This document shows positions 38,991 through 52,584 of a stretch of 64,000 nucleotides of DNA, in pieces. The notes beneath the pieces were generated by a model, which was not told the origin of the DNA, did not search any database, and saw nothing but the letters and a program-made list of their open reading frames with translations. A program made the translations under genes and the position numbers. The DNA comes from Octopus bimaculoides (taxonomy: Eukaryota): positions 2,914,519 to 2,978,518 of the forward strand of contig NC_068994.1 of assembly GCF_001194135.2 (NCBI RefSeq), read 5' to 3'. How positions within the stretch are numbered: position 1 is the first letter of the stretch; each line of letters opens with the position of its first letter.

Positions 38991-41910
38991 ACATATCACT
39001 GGAAACATAGACCTTTTCTGGACTAAGGAGCACTATGAAACAATATTTCAAAATCAATGTTCACTTCCGAAAGTTTGTAATTAAAGGTTTGGATGGCACA
39101 GCAACTTATACAGAAAAATGGCAACAATTTTCAATTACAACATAAGGAAAAACAAGGTTTGAATCAAATTATAAAAATAGTATTAAAGATATGTTCTTCA
39201 ATTAAAGCTCTTGTGTCACATTTGCTGTGACAATTTGGTGTTTTATTCAACCATAACAATGCTTGGTTTGAGACTGTTGTAGCTAAATTACATGGAAAAA
39301 GAAAGCAGGAACAGCTTGCTCCAGCTGCATTTATAAAGACTTCTGCTGATATAACCAGTGCCGTGTTAAAGGATACTAATTTTTGATGACTGGTCTGGAT
39401 GACCACAATTTAGCTTGGTTGTATGAGAGTTGTTACAAAGCTTCTTTGTTAGCTCAACTTGGGTTTTAATTTTTACTGCTGTCTAGAGCTTCAGTTGATC
39501 ATATTGTTCTCCTCTACTTATTTCAATCTGGTATTTATTTAGTCAGTATTTTTTTATTGAGTTAACAAGTTATGTTTTGATGTAAAGGAATGCAACTTTG
39601 CTACACACATGCATATACAGTAGGCTTTAGCACAGTTTTTATCAACCAAACTTCACACACAAGACATATGATTACAGAAGATATTTCTCCATGGTGCTAT
39701 GCAGTGAGATTAAACTCAAAACCACATGATTGTGAAACAAATCCTTACCACAAAACTATATCTACATAATAGAGAAAGAAATAACCAATACAGAATTGGG
39801 GAATAAAACAAAAATTGAAAGCTCTTCAGATATTTGGAAATATTAAAGAGTATTTTATTACCAAAAAATATGTACCTTACTAATTTATTAATTTTTTTAT
39901 TTTTATTTTTTTCAGAACTCAGAAACTATGAACTAAGTTGAAAAGTTATGCAAACTTTTGCTTACAAATCAACTGTTTTGCCAAACAGAGGAATAAAATC
40001 TGAGATATCTTAACCCTAGCAATATTTATAAATAAATTCCCATACATTATTATTTCAGAATAACTTGCTCATTCTTATAAACTAGACATATAAGAATGTT
40101 ATTGTCAACAGTTTCTTTTTTTATTAAACTCCTCTCATTTTCTTAATTCTATTTTTTTAAATTGTGTAGTTTCATTTCAATATCACATTGTAGCATTTGC
40201 TAAATGTAAGTAAATGACTGAAACAAGTAAAAGAATAAAAGAGTATATATATATATATATACATACATACATACACACATAGACATACATATACATGCAT
40301 ATACATATATACGTACATAAATATATATATATATTTTTCATTTGTTAGGCCTTTTCCTAATACTGTAAAAATTGGAAATCTGGAGAAAGGAAAAAATTCC
40401 GATTTAGGCGAGGCAGCTATTCCGAAAATCCCCTTCACGGGAATTTCCCATTTATAGTCATTGCTGCGTTACAAAAGAAATAGTAGTAAACACACGTAAA
40501 TTTTCTTATCAAATATGTAAAAACATGGCATAAGTAACAAAATATCCATTTTATGAACATTTTCTAAAATTATTCTATGGATTATGTAAAATTTGAAACA
40601 TAACAAGACAAAGTAAACAAACTTGCATTGACAATATAATGTTATATTTATTGACTGCTTATATTGCGCGCATGTGTGTACGTACGTGCAACTGTATTTG
40701 TGTTAGTACCCACGCGTGAATGATTCTGTGTGTTAGCATGCAAGTGTAACCGATGTTTTTTGTGTGATTGTGTCTGTGACAATGTGTGAACGTTTTGTAA
40801 TACTGGCGGCAAAATGTTGCAAGGGACATAACTTGTCGCGCACCTGAACTGTTTTATTCAAAATAGTAAAGTTTGTGAGTTGTTTTATAACCCACGAGGA
40901 ATAAATTACAAGTGCCGTTTAGAAGCTACCCCTTCCGAGAGAGGTATTAAAGTACTTTTGTCTTACAAGGTGAAATGCAGAACTGTAAGCATTTTCGTTT
41001 TCCCATGACATACGAACTTCTCCAAATTAACGAATTTCATTATTTAAATTTTGCCGATTCAGACCAAACTAGTTTTCGCGGACTGAGGCTTTTTATTGTT
41101 ACAAAAGGTGAGAAATTTTAAACTCTAACTTTAAAGCATGCTGCATATATTTTGATATATGTTGCAGCCAGGAAAAGGGATCGATTTCGATCGGCTACAG
41201 TCCCAGAAAATTCAAGGTCTTGTGCTTGTTTGAAAAAAAAATAATTAATGGGGGGGGGGGATGAGGTGTTTTATTGCATTTTTGACTGAGACAATATATC
41301 TTTTACAAAAGCGAAACCATATGTTCGGCAATTTCCGTAAAACATTTTTATTTCTTGATTTTCTTTTACATACACAGACCTATAAATATATGCAAATATA
41401 CATACACTCTGGCACACATGCATACACAACTATACGTACATGCACATGAACATAAGCCATTCGTGAAAACAAAACGTATATTTATTTATGTATGTATATG
41501 TGAGTGTTTGTGTAAATGAAAGACAATGAGTGTGTGTGCGACCGTCTTTTTCACTCTTCAGTTGCAAAAAATAAACATTAAAGAAAACAAAAAATGTTTA
41601 CGAAAGTTGCTGAACGTATAGTTTTACTTTCTCGAGACCAATACCGATTGATTGCCTCAAAAACTATATCAGCAAAGTAAATAGCCTTCCCTAAATGCAT
41701 TAAAAGCATTATAAAATATAATTTGATCACTATTTCAGAAAATTATCGCCGTCCTTTCATATGAAAGACCAATTTAGCTGGGGCAAAATGATTAAGCCAA
41801 GATAAGGTACATTTTCCTCTTCAATTTTCCAGAATTACATTTGAAAAGTGACCTATGCACATCAATATCCATCCTTAAATATCACAAAAATCAGAAATGC
41901 AACAAAACTT

Positions 41911-42105
41911 GGCGGAGGTAAAGAATGTGTACATCACCCGTTTTCAGATATCTATGTTTTCGATATAGGAGAATACGATTTTGCCCAAAAATCACGTTTT
42001 CAAAATTTTAATTTTCCTTTAAGAAACATTCAATATCTCTTCCACCCCTCCGTTTTACCCACCCATCACCGAAAACTGGTGGTGTACACATTCTTTACCT
42101 CCGCC
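41911..42105. mobile_element. Small MITE-like element with ~35-bp terminal inverted repeats
   Basis: ggcggaggtaaagaatgtgtacatcacccgttttt versus aaaactggtggtgtacacattctttacctccgcc. Confidence 0.7.
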
Positions 42106-43012
42106 CCAAGATTTAAAATATCTAGGTCAAATGGAAGAGGATCATGGAAAAATAGCACATGAAATTAATGAAACTGAACTAAATAAAAAAACAAAACTCA
42201 AAATATCTTCTATAGCTTCTTCATGATCTGCTGTAGTGGCTCTCTTCCCGATATATTTACATAGAGACGAAGTCATTGAAATTAGGCATTACTCATTTTA
42301 CCCCATTTTTAAACATCACTTTTGAAACTTGAAAATTATCAAATTAGACATTAGTGTGGAAAAAAAATTTACTTGGAATCCCACTGAAAAAAGGATGTTA
42401 ATTGTTTCACACCAAAAATTATCCAAATATTTTATTAGTAACCTCAATTACAATCAGGTCAAATTGAGGAAAAATTTCTTGAAAAGAGAAAAATACCTGT
42501 CATCTACGCTCAACCTAACTCAACTTCAGCAACAACTATATTGACCAATTTCTACTCCTTAAGATGATGCAACAGTAAAAAATATTGATGGTATTACTTG
42601 CAATATAATGATTTCAAACAGGTAGGGGAAAAAAATCCGAAGTTACTCATTTTGTCCGCTCTACAATTATTTATAAAGATAATTTAAGGTTAGGCATACC
42701 TACACAAGTAATTCAATTTCGTCATAACTTTCAGAAAAATGGCTTTTTTTAAATGAAATTTCTACTAATACACATCAGATAGCTTAAACCCTGATTATAT
42801 TGAAATTTGATGTGAAATGGAAAAAAATTCTGTGGGCGGGGAGAGGGTTTCAGAAAATTCACCTGAGTCGGATGGGTACTTTTTCTGAAATTTTTCTACA
42901 AATACCTTTCAGAATGTTAAGATTACAATTATATTGGAATTTAATATGGAAAAATAAATGGTGAACATGCACGCACACACACACATACTGACACACATCT
43001 TAATTTTTTTCT

Positions 43013-43318
43013 AGCCTGCGCCCTTAACCACTACGCCATATACCCAAGGGCATATGGCATAGTGGTTAAGGGTGCAGGCTACTAACCCCAAGATTCTGAG
43101 TTTGATTCCAGGCAGTGACCTGAATAATAATAATAATAACAACATCGAAAAATACCTTAGGAATGAGAACCCATGTTTGAAATTTCCCCAAGACACCTGA
43201 TGAAGGCTGGAGGATATATCAGCCGAAACATTGTGTTGACAACAAAGAAGATGAGAACAAATATCTGTCAAATGTATATAATGTATATAATTTCTCATCT
43301 CTTAAATATAGAACTGTA
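43013..43318 (+). mobile_element. Second copy of the tRNA-headed Penelope-tailed repeat, preceded by a short inverted head duplication
   Basis: 43013-43046 is the reverse complement of 43048-43080; (aat)n; same tail ending cttaaatatagaactgta. Confidence 0.8.
43192..43237 (+). ncRNA. Minimal type I hammerhead ribozyme motif (atypical core)
   Basis: gacac CTGATGA a ggctg[gaggatatat]cagcc GAAA c att gtgtt: stem I gacac/gtgtt, stem II ggctg/cagcc, loopless stem III, AUU as putative NUH. Confidence 0.55.
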
Positions 43319-44294
43319 GTAATAATTGCATTAACAAACAGATTATTGTCAACTTACTGAAACCTAAGATTGAACCATGTTTAGAATTCATTAAATTTAA
43401 CAGTTTCAATGCAGCCATTCATCTATCTGCAAATACTTTATAGAAGTGTGTTTAAAAGGTAAAGAAAATAGCTATTTCAAATTAAAGAGTAATTCAAAAC
43501 AATAGTTTTTGTTTCCTTTTTATATGCATTTCTATTATACAACAGATATATTGCCTGTCAGGCAAACATTTTTCTTAATACCAAACACTTTTACCATCAA
43601 ATACATCAAGGTTTGGTAAACACACAATAATTTAGTTGTTGAATCTAGTGAAAAGACCAAAACCCCAACAAATTGCACAATGTCTGAGCTAAAAATAAAT
43701 TTCCTACTTTTCAAATGATAGGATTGTCATGACTAACACTTTTCATCATAGTTTTTTGGCTACAATTGATCTAATAGTAAACAACAGAAACATTTCCTTG
43801 AACATGATGAGGAGAAATCTTCTGAAGGGCTGTGTTATCTCCTTAATATAGCAATAAATCTCATCCTATCATCTTAGATTAATAAAGTATTAAAAGTGTC
43901 ATTTGTGTAAATGTTGGTGTATCACATATGTTAGTGCATGTTCATATTTTTCACACATAATTAGTTTTACTTTTTTAATGTGATTCATTATACACATCAC
44001 CCTCTTAGAACTGAGGCTTTGTTGTAGCCAAGAGTCCAATCCCATTGGCAGTGTTGTGTTAGTTTGATTCATCTCTCTACTTATATCAGGAATCACTTTG
44101 TGCTCCATCTCTGCTTATCCACGTCAGGGATCATATTTTTGTAAAGATCTCTTCTTAAGTCCAGTTTGTATTGTTATTTGTATGTGTAGTCATGCATACT
44201 ATAGAGAGTGCCTGCTATGGAGGATAAAGAGCAACATCTAAGTTCAGTTTTCAACCTTAATTGTATACTTTTTTTTTTTTTTTTACTTTTTTAC

Positions 44295-44622
44295 TAGTTT
44301 CAGTCATTTGACTGCGGCCATGCTGGAGCACCGCCTTTAGTCGAGAAAATCGACCCCAGGACTTATTCTTTGTAAGCCTAGTACTTATTATATCGGTCTC
44401 TTTTTGCCGAACCGCTAAGTTACGGAGACATAAACACCAACATCGGTTGTCAAGCGATGTTTGTTGGTGGGGGGGGGGACAAACACAGACACAAACACAC
44501 ACACATATATATATATACATATATACGACGGGCTTCTTTCAGTTTCCGTCTACCAAATCCACTCACAAGGCTTTGGTCGGCCCGAGGCTATAGTAGAAGA
44601 CACTTGCCCAAAGTGCCACGCA
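44295..44622 (-). mobile_element. SINE family B copy, near full length
   Basis: Minus strand ...ccacatggttccgggttcagtcccactgcgtggcactttgggcaagtgtcttctactatagcctcggg...; CpG-rich. Confidence 0.8.
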
Positions 44623-44699
44623 GTGGGACTGAACCCGGAACCATGTGGTTGGTAAGCAAACATCAGTTACATACATGGGATTAATATATTCCTACAGGT

Positions 44700-45330
44700 G
44701 ATACTAAAACGAAAAGGCAATGTAATATTTCCATTAAAGCAGACGATACTAAATGATACGGCAATTTAATATTTCCATTAAAGCAGACGATATTAAAATA
44801 ATATGGCAATTTAATATTTCCATTAAAGCAGACGATACTAAAACAATATGGCAATTTAATATTTTCATTAAAGCAGACGATATCAAAACAATATGGAAAT
44901 TTAATATTTCTATTAAAGCAGACGATAGTAAAACAATATGGCAGTTTAATATTTCCATTGAAGCAGACGATACTAAAAGAATATGGTAATTTAATATTTC
45001 CATTAAAGGAAACGATATTAAAACAATAGACAATTTAATATTTTTATTAAAGCAGACGATACTAAAACAATATGGTAATTTCCATTAAAGAAAACGATAT
45101 TAAAACAATATAACAGTTTAATATTTCCATTAAAACAGACGATATTAAAACAAAATGGCAATTTAATATTTCCATTAAAGCAGACGATATTAAAACAGTA
45201 TAACAATTTAATATTTCCATTAAAGCAGACGATATTAAAACAAAATGGCAATTTAATATTTCCTTTAAAGCAGACGATATTAAAACAGTATAACAATTTA
45301 ATATTTCCATTAAAGCAGACGACACTAAAA
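44700..45330. repeat. 45-bp minisatellite, about 13-14 copies
   Basis: Unit ggcaatttaatatttccattaaagcagacgatactaaaacaatat recurs at 44-45-bp spacing; produces the 15-aa periodic ORFs in the track. Confidence 0.95.
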
Positions 45331-46959
45331 CTGCTCAAAAGTTGGGAATGGAAGTACTTCGAATTTTTTTAAGCAAAACTATATTTAAACACCGTTAATG
45401 AATGTTAGTAAAAAAACAAGTAACGAAAAACTTATGGAGGTTCTCTGAATTTCTTTTTAGCACTTTATAAAGACTTTTTTTTTTTCGATTTATGAATAAA
45501 ACTTTTTTTGATTATCAAACTATTAAATATTAACAAAACGTTGTTAAAAAAAGAAAAAAACTCATGGAAGTCCTTCGAAAAATTTCTTTTTAGCATTTAA
45601 TAAAGAATCTCCCCGCCCCCCTTTTTTTTAGATTATCAAGCATTGTGTTAGAAATTAACAAAACTCATACGATGTATCAGAAATGAATATCATTACTCAC
45701 CCTTTGCTTTTACATGTAAATATCCATATTGAAAACATTTTCCTAAATAAATTTTGCGACGATATAAAATTAGAAATCTAAGGAGACAAATTTTACGAGC
45801 CTTCATTGTCAGCGTTTCTCTCAGCAATTGCGAACGGAACGCAGACGACAAATGTTGCAAGGGAGATGACTCTTGGTTTTTTTTTTAGATTCCAGATCAT
45901 TTTTAAATATATGTGTATTTTTATTAATATTTAGCAGAGGGTTTTCGTGCGTTTAAGTACCAATGTATGAAATTCTCGGTGCTTGAGTCACTCTGTTACT
46001 TTTGTTAAATATTAATAAAACTATACGTGTGTTCATATTCTGTGTTCTATTTTTCTGTCTGCATCACCATACCTTCCATTCCCTCTGTTCCCCTGTTTGT
46101 TTCAGTCATTTGACTGCGGTTATGCTGGGGCACCACCTTTAATATATATATATATAATATGTGTGTGTGTATAGGTATATATTCTTTTATTTGTTTCAGT
46201 CGTTTGACTGTGGCCATGCTAGAGCACTGACTTAAAGGGTTTTAGTCAAATTAAGTTTAAAATGTCGATTTTGTTTCATCCTTTCTAAAGATACTAACTT
46301 TTTTTTTTAAATTTCTGCTTGCACAATCCACATATCCACTTCCCCATATTGTTTTCACATTTTAGCACAAGATCAGCAATTTGGGGGAAGGAGTAAGTTG
46401 ATTGCATCGACCCCAGCGCTCAACTGGTATTTATTTTATCTACCCTAAAAGGATGAATGGCAAGGTCAACCTCAGCGGATGCTGCTAAGCATTTTGCCAA
46501 ACATAAAAACGATTCTGCCAGCTCACAGCCTTTGTCCACTCTTCCATACTAAATACACTTTGGCATTGCTATAAATATTTTTTTATCCACTTGTTGGTGA
46601 TAAAAGTTTCTGTAACTACAAAAACACTGCTCCCAGAATTCAATGTATGTGTGAGGGTGTAGAAATTTCTGTCTTTGGTACGCACATGCACATTTAGCTT
46701 ACCAGGATTGGTCAGACTCTAACTCTCTGATAGAAAAGCTTGAGGTATGTTGTTAATTGAATTTGTGGCAAGCATTTGCTCAAACTTTCTACAATCAGCA
46801 TTTCCAAAAGGTGTGCTCATCTTAAACAAACCTTCATCACTGTAAAAAAAAATCATCTGTGTGGGTAGTCTAATGGCTATAACATTAACCATTAGACTGA
46901 AGAATCCACTAAAATATATGTGAGTGGGTGTGTATGAGTATTATATGTATGTGTGTGGT

Positions 46960-47255
46960 GCAGGCATAGCTGTGTGGTTGGAAGTTTTCTTCCCAACCAT
47001 GTGGCTCCAGGTTCACTCCCAATATGTGGCACCGTGAGTAAATGTCTTCTGCTATAGCCTTGGGCTGACAAAAGCCTTGTTAGTGGATTTGGTAGCTGGA
47101 AACTGAAAGAAGCCAGCCGTGTGTTTGTATCTATGTTTGTTTCCCACCACCTCTTGACAACCGGTGTTGGTGTATTTACATTCCATATTTCAGCAAAAGA
47201 GACTAATAGATTAAGTACTAGGCTTAAAAAAGAAGACAATAAGTACTGGGGTTAG
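46960..47255 (+). mobile_element. SINE family B copy
   Basis: tggtgcaggcatagctgtgtggtt...ccatgtggctccaggttcactccc...gtggatttggtagctggaaactgaaagaagcc. Confidence 0.7.
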
Positions 47256-47399
47256 TTAGTTCAATTATTTTAAAATTCTATCTCCAAGCTAGGTTTTCTA
47301 GAGAATTTTTTGTAACTGCTTTATTAATGTTACATTTCTTCAGATTATAGTGTCTGTCACAATTCACTGATCATTATTCTGTTTACTTTTTTAGCTTGT

Positions 47400-48835
47400 G
47401 GTACAATAATTAATAATGATATTGGACACAATGGAGATGTTACATTCTCTTATTAAAAGACACCTTGACAAAGAAACATCTGTTGTATATCATGACATGG
47501 AATCATCTCCATTGAAGACTAAGAAACAGTTTTCTGTCAAAGTAACTGATGTCAACGATGTAGAACCACATTTTACCAAAGAGACATTCCAATTCCTCAC
47601 CTATGAAAACCAGAAAGTTGACTTCCCTATTGGCTTCATCAATGCTACAGACCCTGATCTTGGAGATGGAGGCCAACTTACATATTCCATCATCAATGAT
47701 AACAACAATGATAACATTCCTTTCCAACTGACAAAATATGGATTTATTTCTACATCACAATCAATAGATCGAGAAATGAAAGACATCTATAAGTTCAAGG
47801 TCTTAGTGAAAGATAATGGAACACCTTCTCTCAATGACACTGCCAATATTGTTATTGAGATTCTAGATAAAAACGATAATGCTCCCTATTTCATCTTTCC
47901 TAATAATGACCCTTACAATCTAGATGTCCACTACCATCCACACAGTAAGAAGGACATCACAATTCTGAAAGCATCTGACAAAGACACTGGAAACAATGCT
48001 TTCCTCACATATGGAATACTGAAATCCATCATCATCATCATTTCATGTCTGTTTTCCATGCTGGCATGGGTTGCACAGTTTGACAGGAGCTGTCCAGACT
48101 CCATTTGTCTGTTTTGGCAAGATTTCTACAGCTGGATGTCCTACTTAGTACCAGCCACTTTACAGAGTGTGCTGGGTGTTGCACTTACACGCTGATGTGC
48201 TATCTTTCGCGGACAATTTACCAAAATGTTTCAGAAACATATGAGCTGACCTTAACAAGTGATGTAATAGCATTACTAGCACAATAGAACATGGTATTGA
48301 CTTATAACACCATTTACTCTACTTTGTAATATATTATGGTTGCATAACAAAATACCATGTTCTTAAAGTCATTAATATTAGCTGGAGTTTATAGTGGTAC
48401 TCCAGTTCAATCAGCAACAGCTGCTATCATACTAACATTGTTTGTTAGTAATGATACATCTCCAATGTTGACTGCTGTCCCATTCCAGTCTGGTAACAAC
48501 CTGAATATGACTTGGATAATTATCATTGTAGCAGCAGCTGTAATACTATCTGTGGCTATTGTAGTGTCCATAACACTGTGTATTTTTAGATGTATTAATC
48601 ACAAAATAACTCACCTACAACAACAGATAATCCAAACTTTCTCTCTCAGACTGAGATGAGACAATTACTGTATCAGACTAACAATCCTGTTGCAATAACG
48701 AGAAATGCAGAAGAGATATTTAACCGAAATCTTCAGACAATAAAATCTAAAAGTCAGTTTTTTCTGGAGATGGAACAGACACCAGATGAGTGGAAATTCT
48801 CCACAACACAAAGGAGACTTCCACCTGTGCCTCAG
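47400..48835 (+). pseudogene. Protocadherin C pseudogene: 5'-deleted large exon (part of EC4 to tail)
   Basis: No EC1-EC3 found upstream; deleted EC4 remnant at 47400-47505; EC5-6 near-identical to paralogs; SINE insertion at ~48025, further non-homologous sequence ~48250-48390, frameshift near 48600; donor cctcag|gtaaat at 48835. Confidence 0.88.
48025..48193 (-). mobile_element. Family C repeat fragment inserted into EC6 of pseudogene C
   Basis: atcatcatcatcatttcatgtctgttttccatgctggcatgggttg is the reverse complement of the family C tail at ~55085-55130. Confidence 0.75.
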
Positions 48836-49151
48836 GTAAATATTATTTTATGTCACTGATATCCTTTTGATTTTAAATGCAAAAGTATTTTATTGATTAT
48901 TCACATATGTTCAAACATTTCTATAAAATATCAACTTCAGAAACTCATGTGTATGAGCTGTTTTATTCCTTTGCTTAAAATTTATAGTCTATCTGCGACT
49001 TTCTGAATTAACTATTCTTTTTTGTTTAGTGATAGTTAAACAGTTACAATGCTCATTATAGAAATATAATACTCTTTATATAAAGACTGTTTTATTAGGT
49101 GTGATCTAGACTTGTATTGATATAATTTTTTATCTTTTCTATAATCAACTG

Positions 49152-49299
49152 AAATATGATTTTATCCATAGTTGAGAAGGTCACATCAGTTCCAGCATGT
49201 CTAACTACAACAGTGACTCCTTAACATCCCAAAAGGACAGAGAAGCTAGCAAGAGTAATGGCAAGACTAAACCATATGATGAGATACCTGCAGAACCAG
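49152..49299 (+). pseudogene. Inactivated penultimate exon of unit C
   Basis: Homologous to 58383-58521, but the acceptor reads caactg instead of caacag and an in-frame TGA replaces CAA. Confidence 0.8.
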
Positions 49300-49463
49300 G
49301 TAACTTTTATTGAAACATAACATATAAATGTAATTACCTTTATTACTGTAGGACAATATATAATGTTATGCTTAGTGTAATATAAGATCAATGTTTCTAT
49401 CTTTATATCTTGGAATTGTTATATTGAAATGTAATTTGTGTTTGTATATTTGATATTTTGCAG

Positions 49464-49543
49464 AATATACCAATGACAATCCAGTTGCAGCCACAATACT
49501 AAAGGGACAACAAATACAAGATACCTATCTACAGCCAACATAG
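49464..49543 (+). pseudogene. Terminal exon of unit C (open, intact splice site)
   Basis: ttttgcag acceptor; (E)YTNDNPVAATILKGQQIQDTYLQPT*; same peptide as 58687-58766. Confidence 0.8.
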
Positions 49544-50432
49544 TAGATGTTCCATGACTATTGTTAAATGATTCTCTCACACACCAAATCTTATACAATA
49601 CTTTATATTCATATAAAAATATCAACTCTTTGTTTCTTTCACACATCACACATAAATGGCCTTACATTGGTTTTTGTTATGACCCCTGATTTACATCTCT
49701 GATACCTCAAATACTAGAAATGCCCTTATCTATATTATCATTGATGACAGTATATTGGGCTCATTGAATGTTATATTTAATTTTCTAAGCTCCAGTTTTA
49801 GTGTGATTCTAATTTCTATATTTACATCTACCATTTGTAGCATAAAACAACATAAAAGTTTTGCTATTATATCATTTAACTAATGATATTAATCTGGAGG
49901 TTCTGCAGAATGTTGTCATATTTTGTAGTATCCACAGCATCTGAGAGAAGAGTAATAATAAATTTAGCATAATATGAAGTAAAGTGAAATATTACATGAA
50001 AAATGTTTACATCTAGTGTTGAATTTCGATTGAGTAAATCTTATGAATACTCCCCAAATTAAATACATTCCAACACTAAAGATTTCTAATTTGTCCATTC
50101 ACTTAAAATGTGGCTATACGAATATTTCATAGAAATAATAAAATACAGTTTTTATGCAGCAAAAGCCATTATGAATAATTTACATTTACTGTTGTTGCCT
50201 AATAGCTGTTGTTTAGATTTCTTTTTGCCACGTTTGTATCAACAATGTCTATTTCTTTAACTAACATTGAATTTTTTATTGTTACAAGAATCTTTTTATT
50301 GCTAGGATATACTACAATCAGTTTAATATTAAAAAATACTTAATAACAGAACTAAATAGGATACTCCTCGATTAATCACACTATCTATAAAATATATGAA
50401 AGATAATTACACATAATTCATCAAACAGCTTC

Positions 50433-50875
50433 TGTTTAACATGAATTCTCTTGTTTGATGTGTTTTGTGTGACACAGACAACATTGCAGTAATTTCCTAT
50501 TGGATGAGAGAGATTTTCTAGATTTCTTTCAATATTGAAAGTGAGGCTGATAGCTTTTTTCTTTGTTCATCATACACACAATTGTGTGTGTGTGTGTGGA
50601 GGACATAGAGTTGTAACTAGCACACACCAGCATCTGGCTAACATCTCACCTCCCACTACATACAGCAACTGTCACACTATTATATCAGCAGTTACACAGG
50701 AACACTACCACCACCACTACAACAACAGCAGCAGCAGTAACATAGGAACACTACTATAACAGCAGCAGTACCACTATAATACCACTTCAGCAGCAGCAGC
50801 AGTTAGAGTGGAACACTACAGCAGGATACACATCATCCATCACACACAACTACAGTGAAGGATTAAACAATGCAG
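50433..50875 (+). promoter_or_regulatory. Putative promoter plus non-coding first exon of gene D
   Basis: Reverse CCAAT (cctattgg ~50497), CA/CAG-rich exon ending gattaaacaatgcag|gtaagt; near-identical to 59575-60013. Confidence 0.6.
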
Positions 50876-52584
50876 GTAAGTCTCTCTCTTTATTATCTTT
50901 TTATATTTTCATTTCCATTATAATATTTATATTGTATGTGTTTCTAATGTAAGACAGTGTAACACTACAATGTAAAATGTTCACCATGTTGTGTGTGTGT
51001 ATATACACACAGGGACTTGGACAGTAGAGGATAGAGAGATCAAGCCATCACTTCCGCCATTAATAACAGCAACATTGGTGGTAGTAGTGGTAGTAGTGGT
51101 GGTGGTGGTGGTAGTATTAGTAGTAGTAGTTTGTCCCCTTATTTTTAAAACACATATATACACACCTTTATTTGTAAAAACCATACGAATCTGTCCACAA
51201 TCAGAGAATTTACCTTCAATTAATTCCATACTGTCTTCTAAATATTCTTTTAAACATTTTCGTAAATAGTATTGGTGTAATATAGTTTAAATAGGAGACA
51301 TGTGTTTCATTACATGTCATAAAACATATATTGATCTGCCAATAATATAGAGTTGAGTTTTATGAATTCGTTTCTCTGTGTTTGGATTATAACATTTCTT
51401 TAATAAATATAATCTCTCTTAAAAAGGTTTACATGATTAGATATTTACAATAATAATAAGAATACGAAGCATCTTATTTTACCAGATTTAATTATGAAAG
51501 AAACATTGTGTGGAGATTTACATCCAAGATGGTGGAAGACAGTGGATGATAGAAATTAACCTGGAAATAACAATTTGAAATAGAATTAAGATGAATGTTT
51601 AATGTCACATTTTCTGTGCTATATTTTTATCTCATAAGAATTTTGGCTGACTTTCTGCTGTATATTGGTTTGCAAGAACCGTTTCTTTTCCTATTAATTG
51701 TTGAACCTTTCAGTATTTATTTTTTATTGGAACTACTATTTGTTTTTTGCTAATCTGTTGTAAAATAAAAGTTTCTTGTAGTTCAGTTCACTTCCTTCAT
51801 TTGAAACTGTCTCCTTTAATTTGTAAGCATTCTAATATTTATTTTAACTCTACAAGTCTTAATTTCATTTAAAGAAAGCAATTAAAGATTTGATTGATAT
51901 TACGGTCAGAATGTAGGCCAAGATAATCCAAAGACCTCATGTGCAGCAACGAAACAATGCTTACATTGTAATATATTTCACTTCAGTGGCCTTCATGTCC
52001 TTCCTTACAAACAGAAAGACAAACTAAAATTTCAAAACAAAATACAAGGAAAATTGTAAAATTATTGATAGATTAATATGTGAATTGTTCATTGATTATT
52101 ACTGGAGTTCAATTTTAATGCATTTTTGATAGATTATTGTATGTAGCTGACGTTTCATTAACTAGTCTCTCATATCTTTAATTATATATCTTCTAGTCTC
52201 TACTAGAAATCCTCCTCTGCAATACCTATTTATTTTGAATACATGTCTACATGTCCATAATTTCACTATTTATGCACATGCATTGCTATTTAAAACTCTT
52301 GAATTTAAAATCTCTAACAAACATCATACTTCCACCAGAAACTCACATTAACATCAACATTATTGTTACATGTTTAATGTTCCATTATATTGTATTAAAT
52401 ACTTTTCATTTTGTATATGTAGTAATCACTAATTGTTCAGTGCCAACATACAGATGCAAATATTGCAGTAAGAATGGTAGAAAGCCTGTGTTATTGCAAC
52501 TACTTGGCTGTTTAGAAATTAGATTTCATTTTCCTTTATTATTTATACAATCCTTTTCTCTTTTTAATATTGTCTCTGATATTC

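Noticed and set aside
39164-39406. 80-aa minus-strand ORF in GC-balanced sequence
   Set aside because: No recognisable domain or splice context; other frames are closed.
44700-45330. CRISPR-like or repeat-protein interpretation of the periodic array
   Set aside because: No unique spacers, eukaryotic context and no cas genes; it is a simple minisatellite.
50535-50759. Gln/His/Ser-rich ORFs in first exons (also 59676-59996)
   Set aside because: Start at TTG rather than ATG, are low complexity, and differ in stop position between the two near-identical copies.
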